From Eledone cirrhosa (Eukaryota), in the NCBI GenBank assembly GCA_964016885.1, contig OZ024749.1:1302001-1366000 (forward strand): a DNA stretch of 64,000 nt, read 5' to 3'. Below, one piece after another: positions 39,746 to 52,914 of this stretch. Both the position numbers and the translations under genes were made by a program. The stretch's first letter is position 1. Each line of letters starts with the position of its first letter. The notes below the pieces were generated by a model, which saw nothing but the letters and a program-made list of their open reading frames with translations, was not told the DNA's origin and made no database searches.

Positions 39746-40169
39746 TAGAGGCCTCATCATCAGCATCATCATTTAACGTCCATTTTCCATGCTAGCATGG
39801 GTAGGACGGGCTATCCCTTCGGAGAGATCAGGTCGGAGGACCATGTTTTACTCACACAGGGCTGATTGTGGCTTGGTTTCTACAGCTGGATGCCCTTCCT
39901 AACGCTAACCACATTCTCAAACTAATGGGTATTTTTATCCAATTTTCTAAAGCTGTTTTCACAGATATTCTCCAGTGTTCAAGATTTTATTCATTTCTAA
40001 ACATATTTCAACTCACAATGCTTCAATGTTTATTTACATAATTATGAAGTTTTTTAAAAGACACCTTATTTCACATGGCCCTCACCTTTGGTGGAACTCT
40101 TTGTGGAGCCCAATACCTTGAAGTACTTCTTATTCTATACAGTTGTGATTTCTAAAGCACAAAACAAAC

Positions 40170-40565
40170 AGTTTGTGGGGAAATGAATTACATCAACCTC
40201 AGTATTTGACTGGTACTTTATTGTACCAACCCCGAAAGGATGAAAGGCAAGGTTGACTTTGGCAAGATTTGAACTCACAACTCAAAGGGCCGTAACTAAA
40301 TGATGCAAAGCATTTTGTGTGACACTCTAATGATTCTGTCAATCCCTTTTAATAATAATGGTTTCTGACTTAGACACAAGGCCAATAATTTCAGAGGAAG
40401 GGAAAGTTGATCAAATTGATCTTAGTACATTATTTTATCAACCCTGAAAGGATGAAAGGCAAAGCTAATCTCAGTGGGATTCGAACTCAGAATATAAAGG
40501 GGTGTAACTATATGCCACGAAGCATGGTATTCAATGCTCCACCATTACTGCCAATCCACTACCCT
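40170..40565 (-). mobile_element. Two diverged SINE family A copies
   Basis: AAAGGATGAAAGGCAA..GAACTCA occurs twice. Confidence 0.75.
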
Positions 40566-40759
40566 TTTAATTCGACTCTGAAAGACTAAAATGAATCACT
40601 AGAGCTGCTAAACCACGTCCCAGCCATCCATCCATACAAATCTTCCAGGTATCCCTCTATTTCCCAATTGCAAATGTTCCAATCACACAATTATTGCTAT
40701 ATTTATCATTTCACTAGCTTCCACAACACATTTATTTTTACCTTCATTTTCCTTTCCCA

Positions 40760-43700
40760 GACTGTCTTCCTACGAAGTCATCTACTCCCTTCCTCTCTCT
40801 TACACTATTATTAGTGTTGTTGTATTTATCATTTCGATGTCTCTACGAAGTCATCTATCCTATCGGTTTATTTTGCCATCAGATGCTACAGGCCATGATG
40901 GCTACCTACCTCACAATCTCCCTCCCGCCCATCCCCTCACACCACCATAGCCTATTCGACCAATCAAACCTCAGCATGCCCCCCCCCCACCAACTACCAA
41001 CCCAACAAACTCTGCCATTTCTACTACTACCTAACTCTCTCCTTCCCCGTCCCAGCCCCAACACACCCTGCCATTATTACCACCACCACTGTTCTTCTAG
41101 CCCTGAATTTTCCTACCGTTATGTATGGATGAGCTGAGAATAAATGGAGCAGCCCCGAATTAATAAATGAAAATGAATATGAATCCGCGAGCTGCCACGC
41201 ACCCATGTGAAGCTCCAATTCAGAGACAGGAAGCACACGCACACCCCTGCAAAAATCGACCCTTCCCCACGAATGTTGACAAATGCCCAAAACTCCGAGT
41301 TGGTACCATCAATGTAAGCACAATGAAAGGAAGAGCAGGAGAAATCGTAGAGATGCTAGAGCGAAAGGAAATTGATGTATGCTGTGTGCAAGAGACTAGA
41401 TGGAGAGTAGAGTCTGCTAGAGTCCTTGTAGGAAAAAGTCAGTGCTACAAATTTTTCTGGGTGGGAAATGACGATGGGATGGGTGGTGTAGGTATACTAT
41501 TAGCTGACAAGTGGGTAGATAAAGTAATCTCAGTGTACAGGGTAAATGCAAGAATCATTAAACTCAGACTAGTCCTGAATAAAACAATTACCACAATAAG
41601 TGCTTACGCACTCCAATCGGGGTTGCCAGATGAACTTAAGGATAGGTTTTACGAGTCCCTAATGCACACTACTGCCCTAACAAACGACAATGACTTCCTA
41701 ATCATTGCAGGAGATTTTAATGGAGACGTAGGTAAACACCGTGATGGCTTCTATAGAGTCCATGGAGGCCATGGGGTTGGCACAAGAAATGAAGAAGGAT
41801 CCAGGCTTCTAGAATTCTGCGACGCCAATGACATGTCGATATGAAACACAAACTTCAAAAAACCCGACAACCACCTGATCGCCTATAGATCAGGGGAGCA
41901 GTCTAGTCAGTTAGATTTTATCCTCATCAGAGGACGTGACAGATGGACGGTCGTAAACACAAAAGCCTTCCCTAGTTGTCAGCGACCTTACGGTCAGAAC
42001 TAGACGAACCTGGAAACAGAGGCCAACCTGGAGAAGAAAGATCTGGAAGCTGAAAGACCCCTCAGCCAGTAACAGATTTAAAGATATTTTACTCAACGCC
42101 TACGACAGTAAAGAAGAACAGATAGAGACATTCAATGTAGAAGAGCCCTGGGAGTTCCTAAAAAATAACTTACTAGAGGCGACGGATGAGATCTGTGGTT
42201 GGAACAAGGCCACAGGGAGGAGGAGAGTGACTTGGTGGTGGAACAATAAGGTAGATGAGGCAGTTAAGGCCAAGAGACAGGCATGGAAAGAATGGAAGAA
42301 TGGGGGAAGCAGGGTACATTACATAGAGACCAGGAGGGAAGCTAGGCGACAAGTATACTTAGCTAGGAGGGAAGCAGAGGATAGAAAATTCAAGCATGTT
42401 TTGAAACGTGAGGACCAGAAACAGGAGGTGTTCAAGATTGCGAGGCGGTGTGTCAGAGAGAATTGTGATGTCAATGGAGAGAAGTGTATCCGGAATGATA
42501 AAGGTGAGCGTGCCCTCACAAGTGCTGAGAAGAAAGATGCGTGGCAGAGCTATTATGATAGATTACTAAATGAGGAGAATGCATGGGAAGAAGAGACCCT
42601 ACCCCAAGTAGACCCTACAGAGGGGTCAGCAGCAGCGTAGTAAGTAAGGCAATCAAAGATATGAAGATAGGGAAGGCAACCGGTCCATCGGATATAGCTG
42701 CCGAGGCATCTGGATCGGTAGGTCACACTCTAACCACACATATTGTTAACCAGGTAATACTAGAAGGTGTCATACCAAAGGATTGGTGCAGTAGCATCAT
42801 TGTCAACTGCTACAAAGGTAAAGGTGATGCACTAAATAGAGGGAACTATAGAGGTATAAAGCTGATGGACCAGGTGATGAAAGTAACAGAAAGAGTTATA
42901 GCACATTGATTAGGGACCGGGTGAAACTAGATGAGATGCAATTTGGGTTTGTACCAGGAAGAGGCACCACTGATGCCCTCTTCCTTGTGAGGCAGTTACA
43001 GGAAAAGTACCTAGCTAAAAGTAAGCCACTCTAACTGGCATTCGTCGATCTCGAGAAAGCCTTTGACAGAGTTCCACGTGCTATAATCTGGTGGGCTCTT
43101 AGAAAATTAGGAGTAGATGAATGGCTTATGAAAGCTGTACAAGCCATGTAGAGGGGAGCAGTCAGCAAAGTTAGGATTAGCAATGACTATAGCGAGGAAT
43201 TTAGCGTACAGGTCGGTGTCCACCAGGGCTCTGTTCTTAGCCCTCTCCTGTTCATCATAGTCCTGCAGGCAATAACGGAGGTGTTTAAGACCGGATGCCC
43301 ATGGGAACTCCTGTATGCAGATGACCTCGCACTTATAGTTGAATCTATGGTAGAACTAGAGAAGAAATTCCAAACATGGAAGCAGGGACTAGAAAGAAAG
43401 GGTCTTAAAGTCAACCTGAAAAAGACTAAGGTCCTTGTAAGTAGACGAGAAAACAGAACCCAGATCCCCTCGGGGAAATGGCCTTGCTCAATATGTAGGA
43501 AAGGTGTAGGTAGGAACTCCATTCTCTGCCCCAAATGTAAACAATGAGTACATAAAAGATGTAGCGGGATCTCAGGAAGCTTAATTAAGAATGTAGGCTT
43601 CACATGTAGCAGCTGTGCTGGGACAGCAAGCAGCAAACAGCCACAGGAAACAAGTACCACCAATCTCTAGGAGGGCTCTGTAGAAACAGTAGATAGCTTC

Positions 43701-44546
43701 TGCTATCTAAGTGACCGAATTAGCAGCGGGTAAGAACGGGATGGAAGAAGTTCAGGGAGCTACTGCCACTGCTAGCTGCAAAAGGCTTTTCCCTCAAAAT
43801 GAAAGGCAGACTAGGATGCGTGTATCCGAACAGCGATGTTGCATGGTAGTGAGACCTGGGCGCTGTCTGTGGAAGACTTACGTAGATTAGAAAGAAACGA
43901 AGCCTGCATGCTCCGATGGATGTGTAACAGTAATATACGCGAACGGCAAAGCATAAATGAATTGAGAGAGAGACTGAGCATAAGAGGAATCAAATGCTGT
44001 GTGAAGGAGAGGCGGTTGCGTTGGTATGGACATGTGATGCGTATGAAGGATGACAGCTGCATAAAAAGGTGCAGAGCACTAGAAGTCGATGGAAGCCGGG
44101 GAGTGGGGAGACCCAAGAAGACCTGGGATGAGGTGATAAAGGCTGACCTTACCCAATTACACCTCTCAAAGGCGATGACACACGACCGTGACCCCTGGCG
44201 TCACGCAGTAATACAGAAGATCCGACCCCCCACGAGTACAAGCCGAAGGTGAAGCATATAGACAATATGCCCCCACACCCTCCCACTGCAAAGTGGTCGT
44301 GGAGGTGCCACGGAAAAAAAGCACTCAGCCCACACTGTAAAGTGGATATGCAGGCGCCAGGGTAAAAAAGCACCCAGCACTCACTGTAAATGTGGTTGGT
44401 GTTAGGAAGGGCATCCAGCTGTAGAAATCAAGCCAGAATCAGTTCCTGTATGAGCAAGACAAGGTCAGCCGACCAGACACTGCCCACAACAGGACAACCC
44501 GTCTAACCCATGCTAGCGTGGAAAACGGACGTAAAACGGTGATGAT
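40760..44546 (+). mobile_element. Near-full-length RTE-clade LINE (APE endonuclease, RT with internal PHD finger), inactivated; 5' boundary approximate
   Basis: APE motifs RVGTINV, CCVQETRW, IIAGDFN (41167-41844); RT NYRGIKL, FVDLEKAFD, YADD (~43314); (GAT)n tail; multiple stops and frameshifts. Confidence 0.95.
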
Positions 44547-45231
44547 GATGATGATGATGATGATGATTTAAGTGCAAGGCCAACAATTTGTGGGGAGGGT
44601 AATTCCGTTGACCTCAGTATGTGACTGGTACTTTATTTTAATGAACTTTGGAAGTTTGACATCCAAAGTTGACCTCAGTAAGATTTGAAGCATTTTGTCC
44701 GATGCTCTAACGGTTCTGTCGTAATAGTAAATAATTCTGAGTAATAGTAAATAATTACACAAGCACCAACTTGCCTTTCATTGAACTAAGGACAGGTGTA
44801 CTAAAGACTAATCTTATGGCATAGAAAGCCAGAGTGATGTGTCTAAGAAATCATTAGTTATTACAGTTGGTGGAGCAATAAGGATTTGTTAATTATATCA
44901 GAGCAGGTAAGTGAATGGTAAAGACAGGAATAGAAGTAGAAGAACTGGTTGAACAACAGATCCATTTTGGTAGAGAACAAAGAAATCAATCAATATAGAT
45001 CCATGATAAACAGATATGATGATGATCAGTTAAGATCAATATTATATATAGTGCTGCAGTGTGAGAGATGAGGTAATAGGTGAACATTTAGATCAATAAC
45101 TAAGTCATGTGACATAGGCTTCACACAAACTAGTAGGACACTAGTTCTGATTAAGTACTCAATCAGCAATGATCTAACTCATGCAAGAATGAAAAATACA
45201 GATGTTAAATATGGATGATGATATATAAATA

Positions 45232-45550
45232 TATCATCATCGTTTAACGTCAATTTTTCCATGCTAGCATGGGTTAGACGAGTTGTCCTGTTGAGAGCAT
45301 TGCCAGGTCAGGTGACCATATCTTGCTCATACGGGAACTGATTCTGGCTTGGTTTCTACAGCTGGATGCCCTTCCTACCACCAACCTCATTTACAGTGGG
45401 TGCTGGGATATTTTTGTAATGACACCTACATGAGCACTTTACAGTGTGAACTGGGTGCTTATTGTTGTGACACCTGCATGACCACATTACAGTGTAGACT
45501 GGGCGGGTTTTGTTGTGTCACCATCACGACCACTTTAGAGTGTGGGCTGG
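45232..45550 (-). mobile_element. RTE LINE 3' UTR fragment
   Basis: CCATGCTAGCATGGGTTAGACG..GGATGCCCTTCCTA. Confidence 0.8.
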
Positions 45551-45924
45551 AGGCTTCACTGGATGTATATTCAGAGGCAGCTGAGAAAGGGAGTTACTAC
45601 TTCTGGTTCAAAAGAGAAGATGAATGGTGCACATGTTAAGGTGGATGGGGAGGTCATAACACCAGACATATCACATTTCATGCTGTTTTGATGCTGAAGT
45701 GGACGGAGTCACAACATTAGACTCACCAAAGATAGTGCTACAGGAGTTATGTCATCTACATTGGTGGGTAGCCTAGAGTAGCTCTGGTGTCGTGGTGATA
45801 AGGGCTGAAATGCCTACAGAGTTAATTCACCTCCTGATGAGACATCGACATATTAAGAGATGGAATACAGCAGCACCATCAACACAGATCTGTGTTGACC
45901 ATACATACATAATCATTTTATCAT

Positions 45925-46115
45925 GGCAGTGGATTGGCAGTCCTGGTAGAGCGTCAGACACCATGCTTTGCTGCATAGAGTTATGTCCCTTTACGTTCTA
46001 TGTATAAATTACACTGAGGCTAGCTTTGCTTTTCATCCTTACGGGATCGATAAAATAAAGTACCAGTAATGCACTGGGTATTTGCTGGCCTTGTGCCAAA
46101 AGTAGAAATAATTAT
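45925..46115 (+). mobile_element. SINE family A, near full length
   Basis: GGCAGTGGATTGGCAG head, family core, AAAGTAGAAA tail. Confidence 0.85.
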
Positions 46116-46221
46116 TTTATCCATTTCCATGCTGGCATGGATTGATATATATATGTGTGTGTCTGTGTGTGTGCGTTTGACTGTGTGCGTTTGTCTGTGT
46201 GTTGTGTGTGTGTCTCTCTCA

Positions 46222-46276
<55 letters not shown>

Positions 46277-46277
46277 G

Positions 46278-46316
<39 letters not shown>

Positions 46317-46479
46317 TGTATGTGTGTGTGTTTATTTGTCTGTATGTGTTTACAATTGCATCTGTATTTCTGTCCTGTAATTTCTGTGCAACAAAAGTGG
46401 GATCAATAAAATTAGTACTGGACATTTTTATTTAAATAATTACTGGTATCAATATAATCAGCTAAACATTCTTTTAAGA

Positions 46480-49400
46480 TGGTGCTCCAGCATGACAGCA
46501 TACTGATACCAGTAGAAGAGTGTGGTGCTCCAGCATGGCAGCAGGCTGATACCAGTAGAAGAGTGTGGTGCTCCAGCATGGCAGCAGGCTGATACCAGTA
46601 AAAGAGTGTGGTGCTCCAGCATGACAGCATACTGATACCAGTAAAAGAGTGTGGTGCTCCAGCATGGCAGCAGGCTGATACCAGTAAAAGAGTGTGGTGC
46701 TCCAGCATGGCAGCAGACTGATACCAGTAAAAGAGTGTGGTGCTCCAGCATGGCAGCAGGCTGATACCAGTAAAAGAGTGTGGTGCTCCAGCATGGCAGC
46801 AGACTGATACCAGTAGAAGAGTGTGGTGCTCCAGCATGGCAGCAGGCTGATACCAGTAGAAGAGTGTGGTGCTCCAGCATGGCAGCAGGCTGATACCAGT
46901 AAAAGAGTGTGGTGCTCCAGCATGGCAGCAGGCTGATACCAGTAGAAGAGTGTGGTGCTCCAGGATGGCAGCAGGCTGATACCAGTAAAAGAGTGTGGTG
47001 CTCCAGCATGGCAGCAGGCTGATACCAGTAAAAGAGTGTGGTGCTCCAGCATGGCAGCAGGCTGATACCAGTAGAAGAGTGTGGTGCTCCAGCATGGCAG
47101 CAGGCTGATACCAGTAAAAGAGTGTGGTGCTCCAGCATGGCAGCAGGCTGATACCAGTAGAAGAGTGTGGTGCTCCAGCATGGCAGCAGACTGATACCAG
47201 TAAAAGAGTGTGGTGCTCCAGCATGGCAGCAGACTGATACCAGTAGAAGAGTGTGGTGCTCCAGCATGGCAGCAGACTGATACCAGTAAAAGAGTGTGGT
47301 GCTCCAGCATGGCAGCAGACTGATACCAGTAGAAGAGTGTGGTGCTCCAGCATGGCAGCAGACTGATACCAGTAGAAGAGTGTGGTGCTCCAGCATGGCA
47401 GCAGGCTGATACCAGTAAAAGAGTGTGGTGCTCCAGCATGGCAGCAGGCTGATACCAGTAAAAGAGTGTGGTGCTCCAGCATGGCAGCAGACTGATACCA
47501 GTAGAAGAGTGTGGTGCTCCAGCATGGCAGCAGACTGATACCAGTAGAAGAGTGTGGTGCTCCAGCATGGCAGCAGGCTGATACCAGTAAAAGAGTGTGG
47601 TGCTCCAGCATGGCAGCAGGCTGATACCAGTAAAAGAGTGTGGTGCTCCAGCATGGCAGCAGGCTGATACCAGTAGAAGAGTGTGGTGCTCCAGCATGGC
47701 AGCAGGCTGATACCAGTAAAAGAGTGTGGTGCTCCAGCATGGCAGCAGCATGATACCAGTAAAAGAGTGTGGTGCTCCAGCATGGCAGCAGACTGATACC
47801 AGTCAAAGAGTGTGGTGCTCCAGCATGGCAGCAGACTGATACCAGTCAAAGAGTGTGGTGCTCCAGCATGGCAGCAGACTGATACCAGTAAAAGAGTGTG
47901 GTGCTCCAGCATGGCAGCAGGCTGATACCAGTAAAAGAGTGTGGTGCTCCAGCATGGCAGCAGGCTGATACCAGTAAAAGAGTGTGGTGCTCCAGCATGG
48001 CAGCAGGCTGATACCAGTAAAAGAGTGTGGTGCTCCAGCATGGCAGCAGCATGATACCAGTAAAAGAGTGTGGTGCTCCAGCATGGCAGCAGGCTGATAC
48101 CAGTAAAAGAGTGTGGTGCTCCAGCATGGCAGCAGCATGATACCAGTAAAAGAGTGTGGTGCTCCAGCATGGCAGCAGCATGATACCAGTAAAAGAGTGT
48201 GGTGCTCCAGCATGGCAGCAGGCTGATACCAGTAAAAGAGTGTGGTGCTCCAGCATGGCAGCAGACTGATACCAGTCAAAGAGTGTGGTGCTCCAGCATG
48301 GCAGCAGCATGATACCAGTCAAAGAGTGTGGTGCTCCAGCATGGCAGCAGCATGATACCAGTCAAAGAGTGTGGTGCTCCAGCATGGCAGCAGACTGATA
48401 CCAGTCAAAGAGTGTGGTGCTCCAGCATGGCAGCAGACTGATACCAGTCAAAGAGTGTGGTGCTCCAGCATGGCAGCAGACTGATACCAGTCAAAGAGTG
48501 TGGTGCTCCAGCATGGCAGCAGACTGATACCAGTAAAAGAGTGTGGTGCTCCAGCATGGCAGCAGCATGATACCAGTAAAAGAGTGTGGTGCTCCAGCAT
48601 GGCATCAGGCTGATACCAGTAAAAGAGTGTGGTGCTCCAGCATGGCAGCAGGCTGATACCAGTAAAAGAGTGTGGTGCTCCAGCATGGCAGCAGGCTGAT
48701 ACCAGTAAAAGAGTGTGGTGCTCCAGCATGGCAGCAGCATGATACCAGTAAATGAGTGTGGTGCTCCAGCATGGCAGCAGCATGATACCAGTAAAAGAGT
48801 GTGGTGCTCCAGCATGGCAGCAGACTGATACCAGTAAAAGAGTGTGGTGCTCCAGCATGGCAGCAGACTGATACCAGTCAAAGAGTGTTGTGCTCCAGCA
48901 TGGCAGCAGACTGATACCAGTAAAAGAGTGTGGTGCTCCAGCATGGCAGCAGACTGTTACCAGTAAAAGAGTGTGGTGCTCCAGCATGGCAGCAGGCTGA
49001 TACCAGTAAAAGAGTGTGGTGCTCCAGCATGGCAGCAGACTGATACCAGTAAAAGAGTGTGGTGCTCCAGCATGGCAGCAGACTGTTACCAGTAAAAGAG
49101 TGTGGTGCTCCAGCATGGCAGCAGGCTGATACCAGTAAATGAGTGTGGTGCTCCAGCATGGCAGCAGACTGATACCAGTAAAAGAGTGTGGTGCTCCAGC
49201 ATGGCAGCAGCATGATACCAGTAAAAGAGTGTGGTGCTCCAGCATGGCAGCAGCATGATACCAGTAAAAGAGTGTGGTGCTCCAGCATGGCAGCAGCATG
49301 ATACCAGTAAAAGAGTGTGGTGCTCCAGCATGGCAGTATACTGATACCAGTAAAAGAGTGTGGTGCTCCAGCATGGCAGTATACTGATACCAGTAAAAGA

Positions 49401-49831
49401 GTGTGGTGCTCCAGCATGGCAGCAGGCTGATACCAGTAAAAGAGTGTGGTGCTCCAGCATGGCAGCAGCATGATACCAGTAAAAGAGTGTGGTGCTCCAG
49501 CATGGCAGCAGACTGATACCAGTAAAAGAGTGTGGTGCTCCAGCATGGCAGTATACTGGTACCAGTAAAAGAGTGTGGTGCTCCAGCATGGCAGTATACT
49601 GGTACCAGTAAAAGAGTGTGGGGCTCCAGCATGGCAGTAAACTGGTACCAGTAAAAGAGTGTGGTGCTCCAGCATGGCAGCAGCATGATACCAGTAAAAG
49701 AGTGTGGTGCTCCAGCATGGCAGTAAACTGGTACCGGTAAAAGAGTGTGGTGCTCCAGCATGGCAGCAGCATGATACCAGTAAAAGAGTGTGGTGCTCCA
49801 GCATGGCAGTAAACTGGTACCAGTAAAAGAG
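46480..49831. repeat. Satellite, 43-bp unit, ~78 copies
   Basis: Unit GAGTGTGGTGCTCCAGCATGGCAGCAGGCTGATACCAGTAAAA. Confidence 0.97.
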
Positions 49832-49967
49832 TTATATGAAGGAATAATAAATAATATATTGGATACAAAGATGGCAGCAAAAAAAGAAATGAAAAAGAAC
49901 CCTGGAGAAATATAAAAAGAACTGTAGAAAAAAGTAAAAATTGAGAAGAGAGAATATCTAAAATGTA

Positions 49968-51750
49968 AGGTGAGTATATTTGACAAGTTTACAGGTGAGA
50001 ATATTTGAGAAGTTTACAGGTGAGAATATTTGACAAGTTTACAGGTGTGTATATTTGACAAGTTTACAGGTGTGTATATTTGACAAGTTTACAGGTGTGT
50101 ATATTTGACAAGTTTACAGGTGTGTATATTTGACAAGTTTACAGGTGTGTATATTTGACAAGTTTACAGGTGAGTATATTTGACAAGTTTACAGGTGTGT
50201 ATATTTGACAAGTTTACAGGTGTGTATATTTGACAAGTTTACAGGTGTGTATATTTGACAAGTTTACAGGTGTGTATATTTGACAAGTTTACAGGTGTGT
50301 ATATTTGACAAGTTTACAGGTGAGTATATTTGACAAGTTTACAGGTGTGTATATTTGAGAAGTTTACAGGTGAGTATATTTGACAAGTTTACAGGTGAGT
50401 ATATTTGACCAGTTTACAGGTGAGTATATTTGACAAGTTTACAGGTGAGTATATTTGACAAGTTTACAGGTGAGTATATTTGACAAGTTTACAGGTGAGT
50501 ATATTTGACAAGTTTACAGGTGAGTATATTTGAGAATTTTACAGGTGAGTATATTTGACAAGTTTACAGGTGAGTATATTTGAGAATTTTACAGGTGAGT
50601 ATATTTGAGAAGTTTACAGGTGAGTGTATTTGACCAGTTTACAGGTGAGTATATTTGAGAATTTTACAGGTGAGTATATTTGACAAGTTTACAGGTGAGT
50701 ATATTTGACAAGTTTACAGGTGAGTATATTTGAGAATTTTACAGGTGAGTATATTTGACAAGTTTACAGGTGAGTGTATTTGACCAGTTTACAGGTGAGT
50801 ATATTTGACCAGTTTACAGGTGAGTATATTTGACAAGTTTACAGGTGAGTATATTTGACAAGTTTACAGGTGAATATATTTGACAAGTTTACAGGTGAGT
50901 GTATTTGACAAGTTTACAGGTGAGTATATTTGACAAGTTTACAGGTGAGTATATTTGAGAAGTTTACAGGTGAGTGTATTTGACAAGTTTACAGGTGAGT
51001 ATATTTGACAAGTTTACAGGTGAGTATATTTGAGAAGTTTACAGGTGAGTGTATTTGACAAGTTTACAGGTGAGTATATTTGAGAATTTTACAGGTGAGT
51101 ATATTTGACCAGTTTACAGGTGAGTATATTTGACAAGTTTACAGGTGAGTATATTTGACAAGTTTACAGGTGAGTATATTTGACAAGTTTACAGGTGAGT
51201 ATATTTGACCAGTTTACAGGTGAGTATATTTGACAAGTTTACAGGTGAGTATATTTCAGAATTTTACAGGTGAGTATATTTGACCAGTTTACAGGTGAGT
51301 ATATTTGACAAGTTTACAGGTGAGTATATTTGACAAGTTTACAGGTGAGTGTATTTGACCAGTTTACAGGTGAGTGTATTTGACAAGTTTACAGGTGAGT
51401 ATATTTGACAAGTTTACAGGTGAGTATATTTGACAAGTTTACAGGTGAGTGTATTTGACAAGTTTACAGGTGAGTATATTTGACAAGTTTACAGGTGAGT
51501 ATATTTGACCAGTTTACAGGTGAGTATATTTGACAAGTTTACAGGTGAGTATATTTGACCAGTTTACAGGTGAGTATATTTGACCAGTTTACAGGTGAGT
51601 ATATTTGACCAGTTTACAGGTGAGTATATTTGACAAGTTTACAGGTGAGTATATTTGACAAGTTTACAGGTGAGTATATTTGACAAGTTTACAGGTGAGT
51701 ATATTTGACAAGTTTACAGGTGAGTATATTTGACAAGTTTACAGGTGAGT
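49968..51750. repeat. Minisatellite, 25-bp unit, ~71 copies
   Basis: Unit TGACAAGTTTACAGGTGAGTATATT. Confidence 0.97.
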
Positions 51751-52062
51751 GCTGAAACGGTAAAGTGAGGAAACAGGAAATGAGAAGGGGAGATAGTGAG
51801 ACTCAAAGACTCAAATAGAATGGACGGGAGTAGAACTGAGGAATTCAATGGAACCAATGAAGCAAGTAAATAACAAATAGCTGATGTGCTGAATCATAGA
51901 TCACCCCCACCCCCCTCTCTCGATATATATATGTTTGTGTGTGTGAGTGTGTGTGTGTATGCATACTACACACACGCATGTTTATACCATGTATCAAGTA
52001 CTTCTTTGATTTGTAGTGTTCCCAGTCTCAGTACTGCAGGCTATTAATATATATATATATAT

Positions 52063-52295
52063 ACTGCGTTGGTATGGACATGTGATTTGTATGAAGGATG
52101 ACAGTTGTATAAAAAGGTACAGAGTGCTCAAAGTCGATGGAATCTGTGGAGTAGGAAGACCCAGGAAGACTTGGGATAAGGTGATAAAAGCTGACCTTGC
52201 GTAATTTCACCTCTCAAAGGTCATGACATAGTACTGGGATCTCTGGCGTTATACAGAAGACCTGCCATCCCATGAGCACAGGCTGAAACAGATGC
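52063..52295 (+). mobile_element. RTE LINE 3' fragment
   Basis: LRWYGHVICMKDDSCIKR. Confidence 0.85.
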
Positions 52296-52914
52296 ATATA
52301 TATAGTGTGATGATATGATTTGTTTTATAGCATCACTTTCTTCTCTTTGATTTGATTCCTTTTTATTCTTATTCGTTGTATTCGTTCTGTTCTTGTTTGT
52401 TGTATTGTTAACCCATGCTAATTTCTTCTCTTATTGACTCTTTCTATATTATTCTTAGATTGAATAAAAACCTTTGATTTGGTACAAAATAATACAATTT
52501 TATTCAATCGAAAGAGCGTGAATGACCTGACTCAAGTTTCATGGAAAAAATACGTTAAGCAAGACACATTTTTATATATGCTTTTACTTATATGTATATC
52601 CTTCTCTGTGTATTTACTTAGGCATTTACACAGATTCAGTTAGATATCGTACTGTTTTTGTATTCAGATATGTATTTATCGTATATCTCAGGTGTTTAAC
52701 ACCTAATTTAATAACTAATTGAATCAGCTATCAGTGCGAGCACTAATAATAATTTTGCAAATTGGTCCACGCTCTCCCAGCTGGCTGATACTGCCAGTAG
52801 CTACGTACTTTTCTTCCGACTGAGCTGAATTTAAACGCTGGAATAATTCAACCGAGCAGAAGCCCATGGAGAGCGCAGTGCTTCGTAATAGATCAAGAAA
52901 ACAAAAAACGTCTT

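Noticed and set aside
40760-41170. HDV-like ribozyme expected in some RTE 5' UTRs
   Set aside because: I could not build the nested double pseudoknot by eye; needs a descriptor search.
46412-49986. Several 150-570-aa Cys-rich ORFs
   Set aside because: The 43-bp unit is open in all three minus frames with the same cycling peptide, a satellite artefact.
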